A stretch of DNA of 59,961 bases, the filler included. It is 4 parts of 4 records of this genome, joined end to end, with 100 filler letters (N's around TTAATTAATTAA, not from the genome) between each part and the next. Parts side by side here need not be neighbours in the genome. Positions count along the whole stretch, not along the records: positions 44,184 to 59,961 come from SRR31156797_2879; 3 more parts are not named here. The stretch is one strand, 5' to 3'. Made by a program: the position numbers and the translations under genes. Positions 51,664 through 59,961 of the stretch are shown piece by piece. The notes under the pieces are model-generated. The model saw only the letters and a program-made list of their open reading frames with translations. It was not told the DNA's origin and searched no databases. Every line of letters starts with the position of its first letter. Position 1 is the stretch's first letter.

Positions 51664-52508
51664 TACTCATCCTCCCACTTGGACAGGACTTCCTTCAGCT
51701 GGGGAAGCGCGCTCTTAAGATGATCGTCGCTCACAGGAGCGCCGTGCCAGGTATGGGTGTCTTCTGTGAAGTCCACACCCTTTCCTTTCGTCGTATCGTA
51801 GATGATGACGGAAGGGCCTTCGTTCTGCTTCGCAAGCCACTTGAACGATTTTTCAATCTCATCCACGTCATGGCCGTCGTAGGTCCTGCTCGGCGTCTTC
51901 CAGTTAAAGGAGCGGAACTTGTCGCCCAGGGGATCCAGGGGCATAATGTCTTTGGCATGCCCGTCCAGCTGAACCTTGTTGTAGTCCACCAGAAGGACGA
52001 GATCCCTGGGAGCGAACTTGCCGGCCGCCATGATGGCCTCCCAGCTCTGTCCCTCGTTCAGACAGCCCTCCCCCACGACCACATAGGTCTTGAAGGGAAG
52101 CTCCTGCCGCGCGGCCATAAGGCTCATGCCCAGTCCCACGGACAGCCCGTGCCCCAGGGCGCCGGTTGACATCTCAACGCCGGGAGTCTTGTTCATACAG
52201 GGGTGTCCCTGAAGCTCCGAGTTCAGCTCTCTGAAGGACGAAAGCATTCCCTCCTTCAGGAACCCGCGCTCCTCCAGGACAGCATACAGCATGGGGGACG
52301 CATGCCCCTTGCTGAGGATAAGCCTGTCGCGGCTCTCCCAGTCCGGTTCCTCAGGACGGATATTCATCTGCCTGAAGTAGAGGTAGGTCAGAATCTCAGC
52401 GACCGAGGAGGATCCTCCCCAGTGGCCGGTTCCCTTATCGTTCAGGGTTTCAAGGACATCAATCCTGAAACGCTGGGCCAGAGCCTGAAGCTCTTTATTC
52501 GTTTTCAT
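51663..52508 (-). CDS. Transketolase, N-terminal (ThDP-binding) subunit
   Basis: GHWGGS, DRLILSKGH, LQGHP, STGALGHG and KGKG...WHG motifs. Confidence 0.93.
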   Translation of the reverse strand: MKTNKELQALAQRFRIDVLETLNDKGTGHWGGSSSVAEILTYLYFRQMNIRPEEPDWESRDRLILSKGHASPMLYAVLEERGFLKEGMLSSFRELNSELQGHPCMNKTPGVEMSTGALGHGLSVGLGMSLMAARQELPFKTYVVVGEGCLNEGQSWEAIMAAGKFAPRDLVLLVDYNKVQLDGHAKDIMPLDPLGDKFRSFNWKTPSRTYDGHDVDEIEKSFKWLAKQNEGPSVIIYDTTKGKGVDFTEDTHTWHGAPVSDDHLKSALPQLKEVLSKWEDE

Positions 52509-52537
52509 TATTCTTGTTCCTTTGTACGGTTCCCGGA

Positions 52538-52927
52538 TTATGACCAGGGAAGCTCGGTTCTATATACAAGGTGGATCCAGTTCCCTTCAGCGTCCTGAAA
52601 GAAACGGACCTTCCCGTCTCCAAATATGGAAAAGCCCTCTTCCGGAAAGACGACGCCCTTAGACTCCAGATCCGCCACGGCCTTATCGAAATCGGCTACC
52701 CCGAGGCAGAGGTGCTGGGCCTTCCTTATGCCGTCCTCGGGATGGCGAAAGCCCTCGGGCATGGCGAAAAACTCTATAACGCATCCGCTCTCATCCCTGA
52801 CGAACACGGGGTGCTCCGCCCCGGGAGGCGTGAAGATGTGATCAAAACCCAGGACCTCACCGTACCAGGCGGCCAGGGCCTGGGGATCGCGGGCCATTAT
52901 TCCCAGATGCTCTATTGCGTACTTCAT
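52538..52927 (-). CDS. VOC/glyoxalase family protein
   Basis: IEHLGI, WYGEVLGF, HLCLGV and FFQDAEGNWIHL motifs. Confidence 0.88.
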   Translation of the reverse strand: MKYAIEHLGIMARDPQALAAWYGEVLGFDHIFTPPGAEHPVFVRDESGCVIEFFAMPEGFRHPEDGIRKAQHLCLGVADFDKAVADLESKGVVFPEEGFSIFGDGKVRFFQDAEGNWIHLVYRTELPWS

Positions 52928-53002
52928 CGTTTTCTCCTTGCGTCCTGCCGGGACTCCGACGGAGCCCCGGACACTCTTTCGGATCGGGCCTTACGGCCTT
53001 GA

Positions 53003-53809
53003 TCAGATGTATTTCCGGATAGTCGTGACCGCCTCCGCAGCCGCCTGTTCGGGATCGGGAAAGGGCAGGATCTCAAGGGAGACATAGCCCTCATAGCGGA
53101 TGCTCTTCAGACAGGAGACGATGCTCTGGAAATCCAGATGCCCCCTCCCCGGAGCCCAGCGGTTGGAGTCCGCGAAGTGGACATAGGACACATGCTCCGC
53201 ATGCTTCCAGAGAGAGCCCTCTATGGAGGGGTCTTCGATATTCATATGAAAGACGTCGGGCATCATCTTCAACCGGGGATGGCCCAGTTCGCTGATGACC
53301 GCTGCGGTATCGTCGCAGTTGTTCAGGAAATTGATCTCATAGCGGTTCACCGGTTCAAGGGCGATGGTCAGGTCCAGCTCGTCCGCCCGTTTCAGAGCCT
53401 GAAGCATGGCTTCCCTGAAGTAGTCCAGCGAGGGCTGTCCCTCCGCAAGGCTCCCCCGGAGACGTCCGATATTGATCTGGCTACCCAGCTCGGCCGCCGC
53501 CTCCATAAGACCGTAGAAATCCGCCAGCGCCTTCTCCCGCTTTTCCTTCTCGGGATGCATGAAGTTCACCCCCGTATCGGCGAAGACCTGACCAGTGGAC
53601 ACCATGGGAATCTCGAGACCCGTATCGGCCAAAAGCTTTTTGACAGCCTTCAGATCCACCTGGTCCTTGTGCAGAAGGGCAAGCTCCACGCCGTCGTAAC
53701 CGAGGCGGGCGGCCTTCTCTATGCTGAGCTCCAGCTTATCCCGGAACACGACGAAAGCGGACATCAGTGCGTTTTCAGGAGCAACGGCCAATGCCAGTTT
53801 GATGGCCAT
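53003..53809 (-). CDS. Sugar phosphate isomerase/epimerase, TIM barrel (IolO/5-keto-L-gluconate epimerase-like)
   Basis: GYDGVEL, EPVNRYE, DVFHMNIE and HFADSNRWAPGRGH motifs. Confidence 0.85.
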   Translation of the reverse strand: MAIKLALAVAPENALMSAFVVFRDKLELSIEKAARLGYDGVELALLHKDQVDLKAVKKLLADTGLEIPMVSTGQVFADTGVNFMHPEKEKREKALADFYGLMEAAAELGSQINIGRLRGSLAEGQPSLDYFREAMLQALKRADELDLTIALEPVNRYEINFLNNCDDTAAVISELGHPRLKMMPDVFHMNIEDPSIEGSLWKHAEHVSYVHFADSNRWAPGRGHLDFQSIVSCLKSIRYEGYVSLEILPFPDPEQAAAEAVTTIRKYI

Positions 53810-53812
53810 GGA

Positions 53813-54799
53813 TTACTCCTTTCCCTTCAGGGACAGCAGAACGACCTTCAGCGCCTGCTTCAGGGCCTCGGGTCTGGCCTTTCCCGTTCCGGCGATATCA
53901 AAGGCCGTCCCGTGGGCGCATGTGGCGATGGCGACGGGCATCCCGCCGTGTATGCTCACGCCCCTGTCGAATCCCAGCAGCTTGGTGGCCACCTGCCCCT
54001 GGTCGTGGTACATGGAAACGATGGCGTCAAACTCGCCCTTCTGAACGCGAAGGAAGATCGTATCGGCTGAAAAGGGCCCTGAGGCGTCTATTCCCTCGGC
54101 CCGGGCGGCTTCCACGGCGGGCTCGATCACATCCCCCTCTTCGGTACCGAACATCCCTTTCTCCCCGCAGTGGGGATTCAGGGCGGCGACCGCGATCCTG
54201 CGCTTCCCTATGCCGAAGCGCTTCATCTCCGCATCCAGGATCCTGATGGAGTTCAGGATCCTGTCCTTCTTCATATAAAGGTGAATATCCTTCACGGCGA
54301 TATGGCTTGTCACCCTGTTGGTCCACATGGGTTCCAGGTAACTGATCTCCCCGGTGACGTCGGGACGATCGAAGTGATCCTTGAACATATCCAGCTCGCT
54401 GGGAAAGGGGCATCCGCCCATCTTCATGGCTTCCTTATTAAAGGGAGCGAAAACGAAACCCTGGACAAGTTTTCTATCTATAAGGGAAAGTACCGTCTTG
54501 ATGGAACGGTATACGGCGGCGCCTGCCGCCTTCGAAAGCTCTCCGAAGGGGACTTCTCCGCCTTCCACGGGAACATCGAGGAAGAGGAGATCCCCTTCGG
54601 ACGATGCCAGCTCATCTTCGGAAACCTTCGTCACATCCAGGCGGATCCCCGTAAGGTCCATGGCTCTGTCAAAACTGGCGCGATCTCCCACCAGGACCAG
54701 AGAGACATCCCCTCTTTCTTTGTACTCTTCAATACAGCGGACTGTGATCTCAGGTCCGATACCGGCAGGATCGCCTATCATAAAGGCTATTTTCTGCAT
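53813..54799 (-). CDS. PdxA-family oxidative decarboxylase/dehydrogenase (atypical)
   Basis: GDPAGIGPE, TSH, NPHCGE, MYHDQG and HGTAFDIAG motifs. Start at ATG 54799 after RBS AAGGAG. Confidence 0.88.
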   Translation of the reverse strand: MQKIAFMIGDPAGIGPEITVRCIEEYKERGDVSLVLVGDRASFDRAMDLTGIRLDVTKVSEDELASSEGDLLFLDVPVEGGEVPFGELSKAAGAAVYRSIKTVLSLIDRKLVQGFVFAPFNKEAMKMGGCPFPSELDMFKDHFDRPDVTGEISYLEPMWTNRVTSHIAVKDIHLYMKKDRILNSIRILDAEMKRFGIGKRRIAVAALNPHCGEKGMFGTEEGDVIEPAVEAARAEGIDASGPFSADTIFLRVQKGEFDAIVSMYHDQGQVATKLLGFDRGVSIHGGMPVAIATCAHGTAFDIAGTGKARPEALKQALKVVLLSLKGKE

Positions 54800-54859
54800 T
54801 ACAGGACTCCTTTTATATATAAACATGATTTTTATATCTCTCACTCAATTTACGTTGTA

Positions 54860-55084
54860 CATTGTATACCATTTTAGGCTGATGTCAATAGTTTTTTACA
54901 TCCCCAAAGGTTTTTCATCGTAATTACGGGAATCACAAACTTAACATTTCCTTATTTTAAAACATTTTAACAAAGTTAAAAATATTCATTACCCGATTCA
55001 TAATAAAAAAAATCTTAAATTTCAGTTGACAGTATCAGGAACTATGTTATCCTGAAATAGTTCATGGTGCATTGTATACCATTT
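54860..55084. promoter_or_regulatory. Divergent promoters, each with a copy of a GntR-type operator
   Basis: CATTGTATACCATTT exactly repeated at 54860 and 55070. Minus strand has TTGACA (54883-54888) and TACAAT; plus strand has TTGACA (55026) and TGn-TATCCT (55048). Confidence 0.72.
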
Positions 55085-55118
55085 AAAAAATCAAAGATAA
55101 ACCTATTCTGGAGGTTTA

Positions 55119-55571
55119 ATGAAAAAGCTAAGGATCAATACAAGAGCCGTCATACCCGGCGCGACCTTTTTCCTGGGTCTTCTCTGGGTGTTCTACGGAT
55201 TAAGTAACTACGGATGGTGGGACGAAGGACCGGGAAGCGGATTCTTCCCCTCCATAATAGGCATTATGCTGGCAGGCATCAGCGTTATCGCCTTCCTCGA
55301 AGGAGTTAAGCTGGAGCCCCCTGAGTACTTCAAAACCAGCTACTACCCCTTCGCCGCGGCAGCCCTGACAGTAGGAGCCGCCATGGTAATCGGATTCTTT
55401 CCGGCCATGTTTCTCTTCCTGCAGGGATGGATGAAGCTCTATGAAAAGTTCAGCTGGAAGAAATCGCTGCCCATTTCAATCATCACGACGGGAATCCTCT
55501 ACGGAGTATTCGCCATGTGGCTGATGGTCCCCTTCCCCGCGGGACTCATCTTCGACGCTATAAGAGGTTAA
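55119..55571 (+). CDS. tctB: Tripartite tricarboxylate transporter small subunit
   Basis: GPGSGFFP, multiple TMs and terminal VPFPAG. Confidence 0.88.
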   Translation: MKKLRINTRAVIPGATFFLGLLWVFYGLSNYGWWDEGPGSGFFPSIIGIMLAGISVIAFLEGVKLEPPEYFKTSYYPFAAAALTVGAAMVIGFFPAMFLFLQGWMKLYEKFSWKKSLPISIITTGILYGVFAMWLMVPFPAGLIFDAIRG

Positions 55572-55574
55572 GCC

Positions 55575-57083
55575 ATGGAAACATTAACATTACTCCTTCA
55601 GGGCTTCGGAACGGCCCTGACCATACAGAACTTTCTGGCCGCCGCAGCGGGTGCCCTTCTGGGACTGATTGTCGGCGCCATGCCCGGGATAGGATCTCTG
55701 GCGGGGGTCGCCCTGCTTCTGCCCCTGACTTTCAAGTTCAATCCCGTAACCGGAATCATCATGCTCTCGGCCATCTACTATGCCAATATGTACGGAGGTT
55801 CCTACAGCTCTATTCTCATCAACATCCCCGGTGACGGCCCCGCGGTCATGACGGCCATCGACGGCCATCCCATGGCCAAGAAGGGGGAGCCCGGCAAGGC
55901 CCTGTTCACCTCCAATCTCTCTTCCTTTATAGGAGGGACCATAGGGATCATCATCCTGACCATCACCGGTCCCGCCATCGCCCGCCTGGGTCTCAAATTC
56001 GGTCCGGTGGAAATGGCGGCCCTCCTGATGGTAGCCATGACCTCCCTGGGCTGGCTGCTGGGAGACAATCCCACAAAGGGCGTCGTCTCCACACTGCTGG
56101 GCGTCATTCTGGCCACCATAGGATTCGATATCGTCGTCGGCACCCCCCGCTATGACTTCGGTTCCCTCCATCTTCTGGGCGGCATCTCCTTTATCCCCCT
56201 GGTCATCGGGATGTTCGGTTTCTCCCAGGTTATGGAGATGATGGAACCCCGGAAGAAGGGCGACGCCGTCGATATGAAGCTGACCCTGAAGGACAGCCTT
56301 CTGAACAAGAGCGAAACGAGAAGGCTTCTGGGGCCCGCTATACGCTCCAGTTTTCTGGGAACCGTCATCGGTATCCTTCCCGGCGCCGGAGCCACGACAG
56401 GTTCCTTCCTGGGATATATAACCGAGAAGAAGATCGGAAAAAACCGGGACAAGATGGGAACCGGCGTCCTCGAGGGCGTCGCCGCCGCAGAGGCAGCCAA
56501 TAATTCCGCGGCAGCCGGAGCCTTCGCCCCCCTGCTTTCCCTGGGAATCCCCGGTTCCGGTACGGGCGCCGTACTCCTGGGAGGCCTGCTGATGTACGGC
56601 CTGACCCCCGGTCCCCGTCTGTTCCAGAACGAGCCGGAGTTCACCTGGGGCCTGATAGCCTCCCTCTATGTGGCCAATGTCATTACCCTGATCGTGGCCC
56701 TGTCGATCATCCCCTTCCTGATCAAGATCCTGAAGGTGCCCGTAAAGATCATGGTCCCCATCATCACCGCCGTGTGCATCATGGGTTCCTACAGCGCCAG
56801 CAACTCCCTCTACGGGGTCATGCTGATGCTCGTATCCGGCTTCGTCGGCTTCAACCTGAAGAAGAACAAGTACCCCATCGCGCCTCTGCTTCTGGCCTTT
56901 GTTCTGGCCCCCACGCTGGAGAGAGACTTCCGGAGGGCCTTCCTGATCTCAGACGGTAGCCCCTGGATCTTCTTCCAGAAGCCCATCGCGGCCGGCCTGA
57001 TCGTATTCCTGCTGCTGACCATCCTTTCGCCGGTGATCAGGAAGCTGATAGCCGTGATCAAAGACAGAAAGTCCAGAGTGTGA
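55575..57083 (+). CDS. tctA: Tripartite tricarboxylate transporter large subunit
   Basis: GAMPGIG, YGGS...NIPG, DGHPMA, EAANN, LGIPG and PGP motifs. Confidence 0.95.
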   Translation: METLTLLLQGFGTALTIQNFLAAAAGALLGLIVGAMPGIGSLAGVALLLPLTFKFNPVTGIIMLSAIYYANMYGGSYSSILINIPGDGPAVMTAIDGHPMAKKGEPGKALFTSNLSSFIGGTIGIIILTITGPAIARLGLKFGPVEMAALLMVAMTSLGWLLGDNPTKGVVSTLLGVILATIGFDIVVGTPRYDFGSLHLLGGISFIPLVIGMFGFSQVMEMMEPRKKGDAVDMKLTLKDSLLNKSETRRLLGPAIRSSFLGTVIGILPGAGATTGSFLGYITEKKIGKNRDKMGTGVLEGVAAAEAANNSAAAGAFAPLLSLGIPGSGTGAVLLGGLLMYGLTPGPRLFQNEPEFTWGLIASLYVANVITLIVALSIIPFLIKILKVPVKIMVPIITAVCIMGSYSASNSLYGVMLMLVSGFVGFNLKKNKYPIAPLLLAFVLAPTLERDFRRAFLISDGSPWIFFQKPIAAGLIVFLLLTILSPVIRKLIAVIKDRKSRV

Positions 57084-57110
57084 GCCTCTGGTTAACAGGA
57101 GCCAACAGAG

Positions 57111-58592
57111 ATGAAAGCCATAATGGTGATGTTTGATTCGCTGAACAGGGATATGCTCTCTTCCTACGGATGCGACTGGACAAGCACCCCCCATTTCAGC
57201 CGCCTCAGCGAAAAGACCGTAACATTTACCAATAGCTTCGCCGGCAGCCTGCCCTGCATGCCCGCGAGAAGGGAGCTCCATACGGGGCGCTACAACTTCC
57301 TGCACCGCTGCTGGGGACCTGTCGAGCCCTTTGACGACTCCATGCCCGCCATCCTGAGCGAGAACGGGATCTATACCCACCTGGTGAGCGATCACGCCCA
57401 CTACTGGGAGGACGGCGGGGCCACCTATCACAACCGCTACAACAGCTGGGAAGCTTCCCGTGGCCAGGAAGGCGATTCCTGGAAGGGAGAGGTGGCCGAT
57501 CCGGATATCCCCGGCGATGCGATAGGCAGGATGAAACACTCCTGGAGACAGGACTGGGTCAACAGAAAGTACATCCCCCGGGAAGAGGACATGCCCATGG
57601 TCAGGACCTTCCGCTCGGGAATGGAATTCATAGAGAAGAACAAGGATGAGGACAACTGGTTTCTGCAGCTGGAGACCTTCGACCCCCATGAGCCCTTCTT
57701 CGTCCCCGACTCCTACCTGCAGGACTACGGCGACGACTATGAGGGGGCCCATTTCGACTGGCCGGCCTACCAGCCCTCTGAGAACTATACGGAGGAGCAG
57801 ATCGTTCACATCCGGAAGAAGTACGGAGCCCTCCTCTCCATGTGCGATGCCTACCTGGGCAGGGTTCTGGATATGATGGACGAATATGACATGTGGAAGG
57901 ACACCATGCTGGTGGTCAATACGGACCACGGCTTCCTTCTGGGAGAGCACGGCTGGTTCGGCAAGAACAGGATGCCCACCTATACGGAGATAGCGAGAAC
58001 CCCCTTCTTCGTATGGGATCCCCGTTCCGCGAAAAAGGGAGAGAAGAGCGACAAGCTGGTGCAGACCATAGACATCGCCCCCACCCTGCTGGATTTCTTC
58101 GGAATCAAAATCCCCGGCGATATGCAGGGACAGAGCCTCGCGGGCCTGATGAAAGACGGCGGGGAGATCAGAGGGGGAGCCCTCTTCGGACTCCACGGAG
58201 GGCATGTAAACTATACGGACGGACGCTATGTCTATATGAGAGCCCCCGTGACTCCGGATGACAGGAATCTGTTCAACTACACCCTGCTCCCGACCCATAT
58301 CTACAGCCTCTTCTCCCCCGAAGAGCTCCAGGATATGAGTCTTGAAGCTCCCCTGTCTTTCAGCAAGGGCTGTCAGGTATTGAAGATCCGGGCGCTCAAG
58401 CCCTCGCACAACACCTACCAGCACACCCTGGGAGACTTCGTCTTCGACCTGCAAAGCGATCCGGAGCAGAAAAATCCGCTCAACGATCCCGAACTGGAGA
58501 AGCGTCTCAGGCGGAAGATGGCTGAACTGATGAAGGAATCGGATGCCCCCGGGGAAGCCTATGTACGATACGGGCTCGAAGAGCCCGCCTGA
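57111..58592 (+). CDS. Cys-type formylglycine sulfatase, cytoplasmic
   Basis: DS, CMPARRELHTG (CxPxR), DPHEP and TDHG..LGEH motifs; no signal peptide. Confidence 0.92.
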   Translation: MKAIMVMFDSLNRDMLSSYGCDWTSTPHFSRLSEKTVTFTNSFAGSLPCMPARRELHTGRYNFLHRCWGPVEPFDDSMPAILSENGIYTHLVSDHAHYWEDGGATYHNRYNSWEASRGQEGDSWKGEVADPDIPGDAIGRMKHSWRQDWVNRKYIPREEDMPMVRTFRSGMEFIEKNKDEDNWFLQLETFDPHEPFFVPDSYLQDYGDDYEGAHFDWPAYQPSENYTEEQIVHIRKKYGALLSMCDAYLGRVLDMMDEYDMWKDTMLVVNTDHGFLLGEHGWFGKNRMPTYTEIARTPFFVWDPRSAKKGEKSDKLVQTIDIAPTLLDFFGIKIPGDMQGQSLAGLMKDGGEIRGGALFGLHGGHVNYTDGRYVYMRAPVTPDDRNLFNYTLLPTHIYSLFSPEELQDMSLEAPLSFSKGCQVLKIRALKPSHNTYQHTLGDFVFDLQSDPEQKNPLNDPELEKRLRRKMAELMKESDAPGEAYVRYGLEEPA

Positions 58593-58684
58593 AGATGACC
58601 CGGCATAGTCTGTTATGCCAGAGAGAATGGTTTTCATCCGGAAGTATCCGGAAAAAAATAAAAAAGCGAATGAAGGAGCTTTAA

Positions 58685-59632
58685 ATGAAGAAACTGTTAA
58701 GTGCAATTTTAATGATCGCCCTTACCGCAACCGTCGTTTTTGCTGAAGGACAGCAGGAAGCCGAAGGTCCCTGGACCCCCACAAAGGGAGTGGAATGGGT
58801 TGTCACCTCCAGCGCCGGAGGCGGATCATCCATCTTTACCCAGAACATCGTTGAGATCATCAAGAACGAAGGTCTTGTGGACAAGAATATCATCATCAAC
58901 TACAAAACAGACGGCGGCGGAGCCGTAGGAAGAAGAGCCGTCTCCATGATGAAGAACGAGGCCCATACCCTTCTGACCTTCAACTCCGGCGACCTGAAGC
59001 CCCTGGTACAGAGAGAAGGCGGAGACCTGGACGGTCTGACTCCCCTGGCCGTAATGGCACTGGACGGACAGATCCTTCTGGTGAACCACGACTCTCCCTA
59101 CCAGAACATGGAAGAGGTCATCGCAGCCCTCAAGGGCGGAGAAAGACTGATCATCGGCGGTTCCAAGTCTGACGACGAAGCGATCTATGACGCCATGGCC
59201 TCCGAGATCGGAGGAGACATGGAGTACCTGAGATCCGACTCTACCGGCGAGGCCCTGACCCAGCTTCTGGGCGGACACGTGGACATGGCCATTGCCAAGC
59301 CCGCCGCATCCTTTGACCTGGTTTCCAGCGGAGAGCTGAAACCCATGGTAACCGCAAGCGCCTCCCGCTTCGGCGCCCCCTTCGACGCTCCCACCTTCGG
59401 CGAGCTCGGTTACGATATCGAGTTCCAGATCTACAGAGGAGTCGTAGGTCCCGCCGATATGCCCGAAGAAGCCGTAGCGTTCTGGTCCGACGTTTTCGCC
59501 AAGGTGGCTCAGACCTCCACATGGAAGGAAAACTATATCAACAAATTCCTGCTTGTACCCAATCACCTGCCTGCAGCGGAAGCGAAAGTGTACATGCAGA
59601 AATTCGAAGATATATATACAGCAAGCAAATAA
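58685..59632 (+). CDS. tctC: Tripartite tricarboxylate transporter substrate-binding protein
   Basis: AGGGS, GGGAVG, LLGGHVD, PTFGELG and RGVVGP motifs; spirochaete-style signal VFAEGQQE. Confidence 0.92.
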   Translation: MKKLLSAILMIALTATVVFAEGQQEAEGPWTPTKGVEWVVTSSAGGGSSIFTQNIVEIIKNEGLVDKNIIINYKTDGGGAVGRRAVSMMKNEAHTLLTFNSGDLKPLVQREGGDLDGLTPLAVMALDGQILLVNHDSPYQNMEEVIAALKGGERLIIGGSKSDDEAIYDAMASEIGGDMEYLRSDSTGEALTQLLGGHVDMAIAKPAASFDLVSSGELKPMVTASASRFGAPFDAPTFGELGYDIEFQIYRGVVGPADMPEEAVAFWSDVFAKVAQTSTWKENYINKFLLVPNHLPAAEAKVYMQKFEDIYTASK

Positions 59633-59654
59633 TAACCGTTTAGATGCGGTTCTG

Positions 59655-59689
59655 TCAAAAGGAGGGCTCTTCGGAGTCCTTCCTTTTGA
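59655..59689 (+). terminator. Intrinsic terminator after tctC
   Basis: TCAAAAGGAGGGCTC-TTCG-GAGTCCTTCCTTTTGA. Confidence 0.8.
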
Positions 59690-59770
59690 TTCTTTAAAAA
59701 AAGATTAAGGAGGCAAAGGCGATTGAAAGATTTCTGTTTCCTTTCAATGGTTCTTTGTATAAAATAGCCT

Positions 59771-59961
59771 ATGGAAAAATTGATATCCAGAAAGAATCTG
59801 TCGGATCAAGTCCATGACCATATCAAAAGGATGATACTCTCAGGCGAACTGAAGGGGGGGGAACGGGTTCCCGAGGCCTCCCTGAGCAAGCTTTTCGGCG
59901 TCAGCAGAACCCCTCTGCGGGAAGCGCTGAAAAAGCTCAGCGACTACGGCCTGATCTACCT
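59771..59961 (+). CDS. GntR family regulator, 5' fragment
   Basis: Manual translation MEKLISRKNLSDQVHDHIKRMILSGELKGGERVPEASLSKLFGVSRTPLREAL; runs off the window end. Confidence 0.9.
   Translation, partial: MEKLISRKNLSDQVHDHIKRMILSGELKGGERVPEASLSKLFGVSRTPLREALKKLSDYGLIY

Overview
The window is four unrelated contigs joined by artificial 100-nt spacers (N44-TTAATTAATTAA-N44) at 31473-31572, 37340-37439 and 44084-44183. Contig A (1-31472, moderate GC, gene content suggests a Gram-negative anaerobe such as Desulfobacterota) holds a cobalamin regulon with three B12 riboswitches. Two are divergent and precede methylmalonyl-CoA mutase (mutAB) and class III ribonucleotide reductase (nrdDG). The third precedes a 13.3-kb, 11-gene operon: TonB receptor, DUF2162, ExbB-like, DUF2149, exported SBP-CbiZ fusion, exported membrane-anchored CobN-like protein, CbiK, BtuF-like, ExbB, ExbD, TonB. 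Contig A also has AsmA, an ArsR/permease/thioredoxin module, galE, a small structured element, a DatZ-like HD hydrolase with no phage context, a gene split by an in-frame TAG, OmpA and an aldo-keto reductase. Contig B (31573-37339) has CdaR and GntR regulators and a GlpA-like/FAD oxidoreductase/DUF1667 trio. Contig C (37440-44083, high GC, alphaproteobacterial-like) has a glycerol-type ABC SBP with GlpR-like operators, TauE, a TRAP transporter, GntR and the start of an enolase-family gene. Contig D (44184-59961, spirochaete-like) has a YcjNOP-like ABC transporter with a GH38 hydrolase, and a divergent locus coupling a TTT transporter and sulfatase to an atypical PdxA, epimerase, VOC protein, split transketolase and racemase. 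All family calls come from motif recognition; no database searches were run.
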